DNA of 63,130 nt, filler included, from Octopus bimaculoides (taxonomy: Eukaryota): NCBI RefSeq assembly GCF_001194135.2. It is 6 parts of 5 records of this genome, joined end to end, with 100 filler letters (N's around TTAATTAATTAA, not from the genome) between each part and the next. Parts side by side here need not be neighbours in the genome. Positions count along the whole stretch, not along the records: positions 1 to 14,730 come from NC_068996.1; 5 more parts are not named here. One strand, written 5' to 3'. Shown in pieces: positions 1-12,767 of this stretch. The notes beneath the pieces were generated by a model. It saw nothing but the letters and a program-made list of their open reading frames with translations. It searched no databases and had not been told where the DNA came from. Position 1 is the first letter of the stretch. Each line of letters begins with the position of its first letter. The position numbers were made by a program, and so were the translations under genes.

Positions 1-1071
1 ATGATGATTTACACACACACACACATATATATATATGTATGCATGTATGTATTTGTGTGTCTGTGTTTATCCCGCACCATCACTTGACAACCAATGTTGG
101 TGGGTTTATGTCCCCATAACTTAGCAGTTTGGCAAAAGAGACCAATAGAATAAGTCCTGGGGTCAATTAGTTCAATTGAAGGTGGTGTTCCAGCATGACC
201 ACAGTCAAATGACTGAAACAAGTAAAAGAATAAAAAAGAATATGTTTATATACAACAGGCTTCTTTCAGTTTCCGTCTATGAAATCCACTCACAAAGCTT
301 TGGCTGCATGGGGCTACCATAGAAGACACTTGTCCAAGGTATCATGCAAAGTAACTGAACCCAAACCCATGTGATTGGAAAGCAAACTTCTTAACCACAC
401 AGCCATGCCTGTGCTTATGCAATGACAATTTTAACAATAAGGTTTCTGTTGTTCAATCAAGTGAACAAACAGGCTCACTTGTATCCTCTCTTCCAAAATG
501 CAGCAAGAAACCTGTTCTACTCTGGCCCCATGAATTATACTTTGACCTCTCTCATCTCCTACTATAAAGTCGGCGTTTGTAGTTTTGTAGGTTGCATGGC
601 AACCTCATGAGCATTGGAAGCATGAAATTATACTCTGTACATCCTGTAACGTGGTTGGCATTAGAAACCAAGCCAAAGTGGACAATAGAGCACAATGTGG
701 CCGGCATGGACCATTGATGTTAAATGATGATAATGGCTAAATATTCCACAGACATGAGTAGTTTTGTCATCTTCACACAGAATCAGTATGACACAATGTA
801 TGACAAAGGTGGGCCTTTAAATTATTAGTGTATATCATCTGATGGGCTTCCTTACAGTTTTCATCAACTCATTTTCAACGACAAAGCTTAGTTCAGCTCA
901 AGGCTATGTGAAAAGATGCTTGCCTAAAATGCCACACTGTGGAATTGAACCTGGGGCCTTATGATTACAAACTGAGCTTTTTAACCATCTGGGACATGCT
1001 TTATGTATTATGCATGCAGGATTAATGTTATATGTGATGTGATGTGAATGGCAAAAGACACTTGTTTGAGT

Positions 1072-1132
<61 letters not shown>

Positions 1133-1789
1133 AGATAGAGAGAGAAAAAGAGAAGACCTTTGTGTAAAAGAGATTCAGGATTCAGCTTGTGCTTCATTTT
1201 ATGATTTTTATGATTGTAATTCAAGATCAAGTTATGAATGGAATTTCAGGTTGAAGACAACACACGTTATACCATTAAAAACTAACATTCTTCATTAGTT
1301 GAAAAAGTTACATATTGAGGCCAGTCCAAACAAGAAAATTTTCTAGCTCCTGTTGGATGAATGTTATATAATACAACATACATAAGTTTTTAAATTTTAG
1401 ATTTTTTAATCATCATTGTTCATCATCATTTAACATCTGCCTTCCATACTGACATGGGTGGGAAATCATTGTTATTATTACCATTTTATTTCTCAGAGTT
1501 CTTGATTTCACTTGCTCCAGCTAATTTTGTAAGAGCAGATAATAACCTATTCCATACTTAATAGCCAAGTACCAGTCTCAAAATTCTCGCTGTCCTCAAT
1601 TAAGCAGCTTTCTGAGCATGTTTCACCCTCATATCAATCCCAACTTCTCCAAAGGTGAGCTGGCAGAATCATTAGTATACCAGGCAAATACTTTGCAACA
1701 TTTCTATCTGTCTTTATGTTCTGAGTTCCAATTCTGTCAAGGAAGACTTTGCCTTTCGTCTTTTCGGGCAGTGGATGTTGAATGAAACA

Positions 1790-2322
1790 CCCACGTTTCC
1801 AAAAGTGAATTATTCAAACCCCAAAGAATTCCTCTCAACACATGGCTATGATGCTCCCCCACTACGTCTGCTCATGATCAGAGATGCACATATCGTCAGC
1901 CACCAAGGGATATCCTCAACTGGTTAAAGTCAAACAACTGACAAGCAAATCTGTGGTATTAAGCAGAATATTTTCTGTAGCCCATCATTTATACCAAAGA
2001 CAAAACAGTGTACATGATAACACTTCCAATCAATTAAGATCAGAAGCCATGAGAGCCACTGCCTGGTACTGCATCCGGGCATAGAATTCCTCTCAACACA
2101 TGGCTATGATGCTCCCCCACTACTTCTGCTCATGATCAGAGATGCACATATCGTCAGCCACCAAGGGACATGCTCAACTGGTTAAGCAAATCTGTGGTAT
2201 TGAGCAGAGTATTTGCTGTAGCCCATCTTTTATACCAAGACAAAACAATGTACATGATAACACTTCGAATCAATTAAGATCAGAAGCCATGAGAGCCACT
2301 GCCTGGTATTGCATCCGGGCAT
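1790..2322 (-). repeat. Interspersed repeat with partial tandem duplication (units about 1828-2083 and 2084-2322)
   Basis: GAATTCCTCTCAACACATGGC...GCATCCGGGCAT occurs twice head-to-tail. 1790-1850 is the reverse complement of about 28575-28640. Confidence 0.85.
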
Positions 2323-3307
2323 TTATCATCATCATCATCATTATTATTTTAAAAGGATTGACATTACTCCTCACAAAGGTAAATAGACAATACGAAGTGT
2401 GTGATGCAATTGCAATATTGATATCACATCACACTCTTTGTATTGCCTATTATTATTATTATTATTATTATTAATAATAATAATAATAATAATAATAATT
2501 ACTAACCAAATGTTTACTAGCCTGGCTAATCACAAGTAAACCACTGGGGTTTATCAAATCACAGTTTTAGCTGCAAGTGATATTATCCACATATTGTTTT
2601 GTTATTCAATTTCTGGACATTGAAAAATATTGAATAATTTATCCATCCACTAAAAGTCAATTAAATAAATCATGTAGTCTCACATTTAAATTCATAAAAC
2701 AAATTAATTGAATAATTTCAAACATTTCATTTTAAAAAATATCAATACAACTAATTGATTTTTCTGTTCTTTTCACAAATTATTATCAGAAATTGAACAC
2801 ACAAACTTCCTCTAGGCAGACACATAATAAAACTTTGATCTTTCTCTCTCTCTCTTTTTATCTTTCATGTAACACAGACATGCATGCATTTGTGTGTGTG
2901 TATGTGTGTGTGTGTGTGCATGTATGTGTGCATGTATGTGTGTGTGTGTGCGTCATCATCATTGTCATTTGACACCTGTTTTCCATGCTGGCATGGGTTG
3001 GATAGTTTGACTAGAGCTGGCAAACCAGAGGACTGCAGCAAGCTTCCGTGTCTGCTTTGGAATGGTTTTTACTGCTGGATGTCCTTCCTAACACCAACTA
3101 CTTTACAGAGTGGACTGGGTTCTTTTCATGTGGCACACACACACACGTATATGTATATGTAAGTATGTGTTCTAAGTAGACACATATTTCTTAGATTGTA
3201 CCCCTCTGAAGATGGGCTTTTGTGCCTGAAATATATAAAGGTTTCACAACTTTTATCTCTGCACTGTTAGAGCCTTTTCTCATTTCTTTTTTTGTTTATT
3301 ATTCTAC

Positions 3308-3371
<64 letters not shown>

Positions 3372-5054
3372 GCACTCCGTCGCTTACAACGTCAAGGGTT
3401 CCAGTTGATCCGATCAACGGAACAGCTTGCTCGTGAAATTAACGTGCAAGTGGCTGAGCACTCCACAGACACGTGTAACCTTAACGTAGTTCATGAGGAG
3501 ATTCAGCATGATATAGAATGTGACATGGCTACCCCTTCAGTCAAACCGTCCAACCCATGCCAGCATGGAAAGCGGACGTTAAACGACGACGATGAAGATG
3601 ATGATGATGTATCTGTTGCCTGTGTTGGTTATTGGACAGTGGACAGGCTGGGGCACCACTTTGAAAGGTTTAGAAGAACAAATTGCTCCAGTACTATTTT
3701 TTTTTTTGGAAGTCTGGTCTTATTCTACACACACACTTGTAATATTTGTATTTATATTCGTATATGATATACATGCACACATACATACATGCAGATATGT
3801 ATGTGTCTGTGTAGGCAATTAGTAGGCACAGATCCAGCACTTTGGATATTGTATATTTCTACTTTATTGAGAACTACACATGTCTGGCAATGTGATCTTT
3901 GTGGGGACAGTGCCAAGTTTCCTGTAGGTCAAGTATTCTTCCAGCCTTGTCCATCTTATCTGTTTCATCCTCATAGCTAGAGAATTTATACCCACATCTC
4001 CTCTCAATATATTTGTTCTGAATTCCAGACAGTATGGATTGATTTGAAAGAAATTTAGCTGTTGTTATTTTGTGAGAGGGTCATGTGATCAATGATAAGT
4101 TCAATGATTGCATTTCTGCTGCAGTGGTCTAAATGTAGTGGATGCATAGGAATGGTTGACATGAATTCTGTGGATTTTATTTGCCATGAGTTTGGTACAA
4201 GTAAATTGCCTGAGTCAGTCTTTTGTTATTGCAAGGCTGTGTTGATAATATATTTGATATAGGTGAAGAAGATAGAACACAAATTATAATACCACCTCAT
4301 GAAATTGTATGTTATGTCTGCTTTGAATTGTATTATATGTGCTAACCTCTATACCCAAATGATGTCATAACTCTTGACCACTTAACTTGGTAGTAGATTT
4401 AAGTTAAGTTGCCACAATGACATACTACTGATCTGTTAGTTGGGATCTTAGTTCACACAGAATTCCTGGTATATTGTTGTCATCATCATTTAGCCTTCAT
4501 TTTTCCACGCTTGCATGGATCAGATGGAATTTAGTGAGGCAGATTTTCTTACAGTTGGAAGCCTTTCCTGGTGCCACCTCTCACCTGTTTCTAGGCAAGG
4601 CAATGTTTCCCATGGCCAGACTGGCATGTCAGTGGAGCTCATTTACAACCAACATGTGATGTATAGACAAGGGTACAGACAGACAGACACACACATGCGC
4701 ATGCACACACACATATATGCATGCATGCACACACACACACAGTGGATTTCTCTTCAGCTTCTGTTAACCAAATCCACCTGTAAGGCCCTAGTCAGCCAGG
4801 AGCCACAGCAGAAGACACTTGCCCAAAGTGCCATGTATTATATAGTAGTAATAGGACATGTTAAAATTCCATAGTGTAAGTATGCATAATGAGAAACGCT
4901 GTTAATATATTAAACATAAGCAAGGAATTTCAAAAAATTCTTTTGAAATCTTACCATTTAATCAAAAACCATACATTTAAATATAATTGAAATGAACATA
5001 TTAAAAGAAAGTAAGTAAGCAAATATGTAAGTGTCAGCAAATAATATTAGTGAG

Positions 5055-5728
5055 ACATGGTTATGGTTGCAGAAAGGAAAGCTGAAGAGGGGGAAATGGG
5101 TTTGTAGCAGCATAAGATCAAGCATTAACGACTAATTGGATAAAAGCCAAAATATACAAAAACCAAGTAGATTCCCACTGCAGACTATGCAGATCAAAAG
5201 AGGAAAGCATTACTCATATAGTAAGTGAATGTAGCATGCTGGCAAAGAAAGAATACAATAAAAGACATGACAATCTAGGGAGAGCAATCCACTGGGAGTT
5301 ATGTAGAAAGCTAGGATTTGACCATACTAATAAGTGGTATATACATGAACCTAGTAAAGTACTAGAAAGTAAGAAATATAAGATATTGTGGGATTTAACA
5401 TTCAGACTGACAGAATAACAGAAGCTAGAAGGCCTGATTTAGTAGTAATAGAGAATAGAAAGTGACAGATAATTGACTTTACAGTCCCAAATGAGGAAAA
5501 CAATCAATGAGAAGTATAGAAAAAATAGCAAAGTACCAGAACCTAGCCATTGAATTACAGGGACCATGGAAACTGCTGGTAAAATGTATCTCAGTAGTTA
5601 TAGGTGCATTGGGAACTATCTCTGAAGATTTGAACAGGTGGATAGAGGAAATAAGCATAAAACCCAGTTTAGTACAACTCCAGAAAACAGTGTTATTAAG
5701 GACAGCTAGGATACTTAGGAGGGTTCTT
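5055..5728 (+). mobile_element. R4/Dong-clade non-LTR retrotransposon 3' ORF fragment (CCHC knuckle plus restriction-like endonuclease)
   Basis: HCRLCRSKEESITHIVSEC, YNKRHDNLGRAIHWELCRKLG, KWYIHEP, KILWD, RRPDLVV, EKIAKYQNLAIEL, VVIGALG, QLQKTVLLRTARILRRVL across frameshifts. Confidence 0.85.
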
Positions 5729-5729
5729 C

Positions 5730-6770
5730 ACATCAAATGGGAATCTCTTCACGTCTCACCTTCCATGTAAATCATAACATGTTTGTTATGATTCCTGATG
5801 GAATTGACTTGATTCATGTTGTTGCACAATGAACAGGGCTTACCTCTATTGCGGCTGTTTCTCAAGGTACAATGTACAGAAACTCCAATTTTAGTTTCCT
5901 TGGTATCAGAAGTAGAGGTTAATAGTTCTCATATATTTTTATTCCATCTAAAGGCTACAATAGGCAGCTGAGGAAATATTTGTTTGAAACGAGGATATTT
6001 TTTCGCAACATGCTGGTAACTTTCATGGAACACTTTCGAAATACCAGTGACATTTCAGTGTCACAGATTGTACTTTATTTGCTAAAATCATGTGTGAAAG
6101 TTTTACTTTTCTTGATACTCTTAGCTATATCTTTTGCAATTTCCTTTAATTGTAATTCACTGTAACCGCGTTTGAAATAATGGTGTACAAAAGCATTTGC
6201 ATGTTTCCGGTAATCCTCTATATCAGTACAAATCCATTTTATCTTAGAGAATTGGGATTTTGGATTTGACCGAATTATGTGATGTGGATGATCGGAGTGG
6301 CGGTGAAGGTAAATGTAGGATGGCGTGGGCTTGCAAAATAACTCTGTCATTGTTCTGTCTCCAGTAAACTTAACTTTTGTGTCCAAAAATTCAACACTAG
6401 TATTTGAAAAACTAGATGTAAATTTTATGTTGGACATAAAGCCATAATTTTTAGTATAAGTCACAGAAATGCAAGCTATCCTGTGATCCTTCCCAGATGA
6501 AAAAAGACATCACTGAACTGTGACCAGAGTATAGGTTCATGACCATGTAGGGATTTGAATGTCTACAGTAACTGTGTCTCGAATTTCGTCATGAAGACAT
6601 TAGCGAAATTAACTGTTGTGGGAGTACCCATGAGGCAACACCACGTCTGGTTGTAAAAATTTTGTCCAAACTTTATTGTGTTACTTTGTAACATAAACCT
6701 CAATATCCCACAGAAAATCAGATAGAATACTTTTGTTTGACTGTTTTTCGAAGGCATTTATGCATGCTTA
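5730..6770 (-). mobile_element. Penelope-like element, 3' part (RT core and thumb, linker, start of GIY-YIG), pseudogenised
   Basis: FYNQTWCCLMGTP..VNFANVFM (RT motif B'), VEFLDTKV, ELFCKPTPSYIYLHRHSDHPHH, HYFKRGYS, FPQLPIVAFRWNKNI.ELL, KPCSLC...NKHVMIYMEGET (truncated at about 5730). Confidence 0.88.
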
Positions 6771-6774
6771 TACC

Positions 6775-8153
6775 TGTAACAAGTAGTCATGATTGATACA
6801 TAGTTTTCTCTCCTGACATTCCGCGTCCCCTTCTCGGCACTTCATGTTGAATTCCCTTCGTATTTTCTTACTAGAAAAGAAGCAAGTCAATCAAAGGGCT
6901 GCAATAAATATGAGTTTATTCCAGCATGGAACATAATTCAAACATCCCAGTGGATGGATCTTTCTGATTTGGCGGGCAACACTTTTCATTAATGTTTTAT
7001 GTAGTGTTTTTGGTACCGAAACACTTTCAAACTTCGTATACTTGTATATTTTGTGGTATAGAACAGATAAAAATTTTTGTATTCGAAGTTATTTCATGTA
7101 AAAAAATTGTCGTATTTCGGTAATTTCAACCAATCACTGACGTCTATTGAGGTGAAAACAATTAATGCCATGGAATGTAAACAACGGTGTCATGGGATCT
7201 TTTCCCTTGAATAAAATTAGTGCCGTTGTTTGTCAACAACAACTATCCGTGTTACTGTTATAAATGACATCGTTCGTGCGTTTGTACTGGTTTTAGCTTT
7301 AGGGTTAGGGTTCGGGTTTTAGAGTTAGGGTTAGTTTTAGGATTACGGTTAGGGTTATGATTATTTTTGCCATAACCTCACTCATAACCCTAACCCTAAA
7401 ACTCATAACCATAACCCTAACTCTAAAACCCGAACCCTAACCCTAAAACCCTAAACCCTTACTAGGGAATAATTATATAATTAAACAGGGAATAACACAC
7501 CGGCAAAAATTACTGTTTATAAAAACAGTAGTAACTGTATTCAGCTGAATAGACGTCAGTGATTGGTTGAAATTACAGAAATACGACAACTTTAACATGA
7601 AATAACTTGCAATATATAATTTTTTGTTAAGAAAGCTAAGAAAAAAAGATGTTTTATATGACACATTCTATCAGTATCCCAAGTTTGAAAGTGTTTCGTT
7701 AAGAAAACAAGTGTTGCCCGTCAAATCAGAAAGATCCCAGTGGATTCTACAAGGGTTACAAGAAATGTAATAACAGATGTGTTTCCAAACATGCCATGTT
7801 GTTCTCCTAGTAATTAGCAATAGGGTTTTCTTTAGGTAAAATAAAAAGAGGAACTTGAGGAAATAGTCCTTAAAAATAATCATCTATTTGAGATGGGCTA
7901 ATCGTTCTAATAGAGAACGTTTTGCAGGTGCATGTGTAGCAAAGATGTTGAGAGAGTCACATACATATCTGGTGATGTCGCTTGTCAATCACCAACTGAT
8001 TCCTTTTTGGCGCGCAGCCAACGCTAACAGCTGAAAAGACGCCACCTATAGGGATAGCCTATAAACACTTAGCTGCCAAGGGAGTTTGCCCGACCGTGTT
8101 GTTTATGGATGGGTGGATGCAAACGTTACTGTCGATAAACCATCTGTGCCATA
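6775..8153 (-). repeat. Gypsy 3' LTR, interrupted by a MITE at 6956-7737
   Basis: Begins TGTAACAAGTAGTCATG after TSD TACC. Aligns to 12768-13332 on both sides of the insertion. Confidence 0.93.
6956..7737. mobile_element. Non-autonomous foldback DNA transposon (MITE-like), 29-bp TIR, 8-bp TSD, internal telomere-like repeats
   Basis: TIR GGATCTTTCTGATTTG(G/A)CGGGCAACACTT at 6956-6984 and 7709-7737 (one mismatch). TSD CAGTGGAT at 6948-6955 and 7738-7745. The paralogous LTR has a single CAGTGGAT. Further inner inverted repeats at about 7086-7157/7540-7612 and 7298-7333/7412-7447. Confidence 0.92.
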
Positions 8154-8409
8154 TACGTCCACGCCCGACCGATAGATCGATAAGACGAGAAAACCGAAGC
8201 ACAGAAGCGATAGGTAATAATGATGGCATACATGGAGAACGATAAAGCATCTGGAACAAAACATGCAAACAGACAACAATGTAGGAAAAGGCATGAAAAG
8301 TAAACGTATAGCATGCAAAACGTGTAAGTAAGAAAGATAATGCAAACGTGTGAAAAAATAGATTGTTCAAAAGTGTCAACTGTGTTTGTTTAAACATAAA
8401 TAGTCTGTT

Positions 8410-11400
8410 TAAATGTAGACAGCTTTAGAAAGTTTGCGTGGCCAATGTACGGTCCGGCCACGCTAGTTTTGTTAGGTTTAGAAGGTGGGGGTGTTTGCAC
8501 CTGTGTGAGATGGGGTGGTATAAAAGGTGTTTGTGGAGGTAGAGTGAATGTGGGAGGGATATGAGGCTCCGGGGTGTGAGTATCAGAAAACGCCTTAAGT
8601 CTGTCTACAGATAGTTTCTTTTCTACCGTTAACGTCTATAGTGAAAAGTTTGTCAGCTTGTGTGAGGACTCGATAGGGTCCTGTATATGGTAGTGTAAGG
8701 GGTCCCCTCAGAGAGTCGTTTCGTAAGAAGACGTGGGTCAAGGAAGCAATGACCTTCAGGACCGCAGATTTCACTGTTTGAGGCAGAGTGTTCATCGGCG
8801 GGAGATTTATAAAGTACGACCGCAATTGGTCGACGTACATAGAAAGATCTTGGTTAGATGTGTCCGCATGTGCCAACATCTAGCCAGGCAAAGATAACAG
8901 TACTCTATAGAGTAGTTCCGCGCAAGAAAAACTCAGATCCACTCTAACGGAGGACCGACAACTTAAAAGGACGATAGGTAGGTACTCGGTCCATCCTTGC
9001 GGGTCTGGTGATGCGCGCAGGGCTGCTTTTAGCTGACGGTGGAATCGTTCCACCATCCTGCTTGAAGCCGGGTGGTAACTAGTTGTGTGCAGATATTGCA
9101 CTCCCAATAGGCGTGACAGTTCTCGGAAAAGATTGGACTCAAACTGCCGTCCTCGATCGGTGGTGATCCTTGAGGGGAACACCAAAACGAGATATCCAGC
9201 CGGATATTAAAGCACGAGCTACTGTCTCAGCAGGAATGTCGACCAATGGTATGGCCTCTGGCCAATGAGAAAACCGATCAACACAGGTCAGGATAGACAT
9301 ATATCCATCACTGATGGGCCAAAGACCAACTAGGTCGATGTGTATGTGGTGAAAGCAAGTGTCCGGTTGATGGAATTTTCCCAATGGAGTACGACTATGT
9401 TGATGGATCTTAGAACGCTGGCACTAAGTACAGGAACGAACCCAGGTGGTGATGTTTCGGCGCATGTCTGGCCAGAAAAACCATGCTGTGATGAGCTTGA
9501 TAGAGGCAGAAATTCCTGGATGCAATAAGGAATGCAAAACATCGAAAACAATCCGGCGATGACACAGGGGAACGGACGGTCGCGGTGATCCAGTGGATAC
9601 ACCGCAAAGGATATTACCATCCGCAGTTGATAGGGGTAAGTATTCGAAATGACAATGCAAAAACGCAGGTGATGAGATGTCCAGTGAACTTAGTGGAGGT
9701 TGGTCGGAAGCCAAGGTAACCAAATCCAACGTAGCAGGAGTTCAAGCAGAAACGGGAAGTCTAGATAACGCGTCTGCTGGAATATTCTCTGAGCCCGCGA
9801 TGTGACGGATGTTGTGCGTGAACTGGGATGTAAAATCGAGGTGACGGATCCCTCTGGGTGAGTATTTATTAGATTTAGAATGCAGGGCGAAAGTCAACGG
9901 TTTGTGATCTGTGAAGATCGCGAAATCTCGTCCGACAAGGAAATTATAAAAATGTTTTTCCGCCAGGTATGTTGCCAGAAGTTCGTGTAAAATAGCGCCC
10001 ACTGCAAAGTCAGAATCGTTACACTGTTAAACACAGCTTAGCGTTAGTGACTGGGTGTGCGAGAAATATAAACTGAACCAAACTGTCCTTCACCGTGTCA
10101 AAGGCAAGTAATTCTGCTGGTGAAAGGGAAATAACTGCATCTATCTTCGTCCTGTTCCGAAGCAGGTTGGTTAGCAGTAATAATTTCTCAAAGCAGTATG
10201 ATATGAACCGCCGATAGAAGTTAATCATTCCAAGAAATGGCGGAGCTGGCGTACAGAAGTCGGAAGGGGAAAATCCTGAATTATCTTGACTTTAGTAGGT
10301 AGTAGACGGATGCCATCACAGTCGATGACATGTCCCAAGAATTCCAAGGTGGAAGAACCAAAAACACATTTCCTGGGTTAACTTTTACGTTTTAGGACTG
10401 TCGAGGCTGGAAAAGTTGAGTTAGGTGTTGTTGATGAAGCTCAACAGTAGCGCTAGCGATTAGAATGTCGTCTACATAAGCGAAAACGAAGTCCATACCT
10501 CAGACAACCACGTCGATAAAACGTTGGAATGTACTAGCAGCAATCCGTAGTCCGAACGACACAGAGAGGAATTCGAAGGACTCGAACGGAATAGTCACAG
10601 TTGTCTTCGGATCGTCTTCCGGGTTAACTGGAATCAGGTCGATTTTCGAGAAAACAGTACACCCATGAAACGCAAACGAAAAATCTTATAAAATTGGCAG
10701 AGGGTACCTGTCCGAGGTCGTAGAAGCGTTCAGCAGTCTGTAGTCGCCTACAGGGCGGAAATCTGCATCCCCTCTAAGAGCCATATGCAAAGGAGATGCC
10801 CAAGGACTTGTGGATGGTCGAATAAGGCCGAGTTGGAACATATGATCGAATTCGGCTCGAGCAGATTTGAGCTTGTCTGGTGCTAACCGACGCCGACGGA
10901 AGGACCTTTCGTAGATATGAAATGCCGTGTGGAATGAACTGGTTCACTGGGCTTGAAGGATAAATCCGTGAGCTGCGGAAAAGAAGCGAGCAGTGCATGG
11001 TATGAGTCACCAGCTGCAGCAATGAAAAGGGAAGGACTCACGAAAGGAGCAGAAGATCCTTTTCCCGGGGATGACAAGGAGATGGTATCGTCCAAGAGGC
11101 GCTGCCTTCTCACGTTGACCAATAATGAGTAGTGATGTAAGAAATCAGCACTCAATATTGGTTGAAGCAGATCTGCGACAGCAAAAATCCACTTGAAATC
11201 TCTACGTAGAGATAGATCTAACGAAAAGGAGTTTTGACCATACGTCTGACTGGCAGAATGATTCACAGCGTATAAGGAAATGCTGGAAACGTCGGGTTTG
11301 ATAGAAGTAAAGCGTAAAGGTCAAATGCTTACGCTGGCACCAGTATTCACCTTGAAATACTTCAGGGAGATGTGATCTTTGATGAAGAATGCACGATAGG
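8410..11400 (-). pseudogene. pol: Gypsy Pol (protease, RT, RNase H, integrase with GPY/F), multiple stops and frameshifts
   Basis: Protease VNTGASVS (DTGA with D>N). RT WRPVGDYRLLN and FAYVDDILIA (YVDD at 10467-10478). RNase H AIFTDHKPL and NIPADALSR. Integrase HSLLHPG...FFWPDM...[61 protein letters not shown] and terminal RGRTVHWPRKL. Confidence 0.95.
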
Positions 11401-11448
11401 GTGATGTGTTTGTAGTAGAGACATCTGCCGTGCCCTGTGTCTGCGTCT

Positions 11449-12230
11449 CTAGTTTTCCCTAGTGGTAACAGAACAAGGTTCGATACAGCAATGAGCCTTG
11501 TCCTGTAACTTCCGATGGTAGTAACATAAAGTGGGATCCGTGGCGTCACGATGTCGAGGAGAAGGAGAACGAGTGTTGGAACGACGCCGAGAAGTTGAAC
11601 GTCCGCGACATAACCGGCTAACTTGCCTCGTTAATTCTTCAATGGCACGAAGAGTCCGATCGTGGTGGCGTGCATCTTGGTTTGAGGGGGGCTGTATCGC
11701 AGCAGAAGAAGAGGAAATGGTAGCCACAACCTTATCCACTGAAGAGGGGGAACTGGAAAATTCCAAAATTTTGTCGGCTGAAGAAGCCAACTGGTTAACT
11801 GTGCTGGTTTCGACCATCATCGCCAGAATGGAACGAACGTTGCTCAGCAGCCTCGAGAAAAATAACTGCCTTAGGAAGGAGCTGCCTTCAGTGGCACCGT
11901 TACTCAACTCCCTAATACATCGGAGAAATTGTGACGGGGTCCTATCACCTAAGTGCTCATCCTCCAGGATAGGCTTTGAACTTGCGACTCCGAAGACTTG
12001 GAATTGCGTCGCAATACTTCCGCTTTGATGGAAGAATAAGAAACATTCGGTGATGTCTGTGATGAGATCTTTGACTGAGGTTGCCAAAGAGGAAAGAATA
12101 CCGCTGAACAGCAGATGTAGTTGTTGATGAGGGCTCTGAATGTTCGCAGCAAAATAGGATTCGAGCTGTACGAACCAGAGGCGCACATCTCCTGCGTAGG
12201 TAGGAAGAGAAGAACGATTTATGTTGTTGT
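11449..12230 (-). pseudogene. gag: Gypsy Gag, frameshifted
   Basis: Motifs (V)RLWFVQLESYF, YSSIKAEVLRR (shifted frame), LGDRTPSQFLR, LRQLFFSRL, LASSADKI and a C-terminal knuckle LCYYHRKLQDKAHCCIEPC. Confidence 0.88.
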
Positions 12231-12747
12231 TTCGAAGGAAATCTGAGGCAGTCGATCACAGAATAAGAAACTTCAGCCAAAAAATGAAGAATGGAAAACT
12301 GTAAGAATAGAACTTGTACTCCCGACAGCCGGAAATCAGTACGTTGGACGGTACAATAAATCCTTGTTAGGATGTGACGGGGAAATGATTTGCGAGAATG
12401 CAAAATGTTCCGCAAATTGAACTGGAGAATGTAGTAATAACCAGAATATCCAGCAGTGTACCTGTATACGAAGAAATTGTAAACAGAAAATTCCTCGAGG
12501 AAACAAGTCAAGCAATGAAAAAGTACTTCGATGGCGAATCCACCAAATTTACGGCTCGAAACTTATGCAAGACATAAAATGCTTCACCCCACGTGGAAGA
12601 AAGAAAATCTAACATGGCGGGTGCTTCTCGCTATGCCACATGGAGTAGAAGACGGGTAAAATTCCATGAGGAAATGAATTTTCAGTCCTGGTGCTTCGGT
12701 TGTATGAAAAAAATTCCTCGGAGGAAATTATTTTAAGAAATCCGTGT

Positions 12748-12766
12748 TCAGAACTTGGAATCACCA
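12748..12766 (-). other. Gypsy primer-binding site
   Basis: Minus strand reads TGGTGATTCCAAGTTC one base after the 5' LTR. The TGG start is complementary to tRNA CCA. It resembles a decayed TGGTGACCCCGA-type PBS (inference). Confidence 0.75.
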
Positions 12767-12767
12767 C

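Noticed and set aside
2030-2130. Loose resemblance of this repeat to U1 snRNA or 5S rRNA segments
   Set aside because: Only short scattered matches (about 11 nt at most). Not supportable without an alignment search.
8440-8526. Plus-strand CCAAT (8442) and TATAAAA (8519), suggesting an antisense promoter in Gypsy
   Set aside because: Both fall in the minus-strand Pol tail. CCAAT is the antisense of the conserved HWP codons in RGRTVHWP, so coding constraint explains it.
11531-12028. 165-aa plus-strand ORF (also 13587-14084 N-terminal part and 11957-12511)
   Set aside because: Antisense or off-frame shadows of gag, Penelope and the LTR leader, with no independent motifs. Only the last ~70 aa of 13587-14084 are real GIY-YIG.
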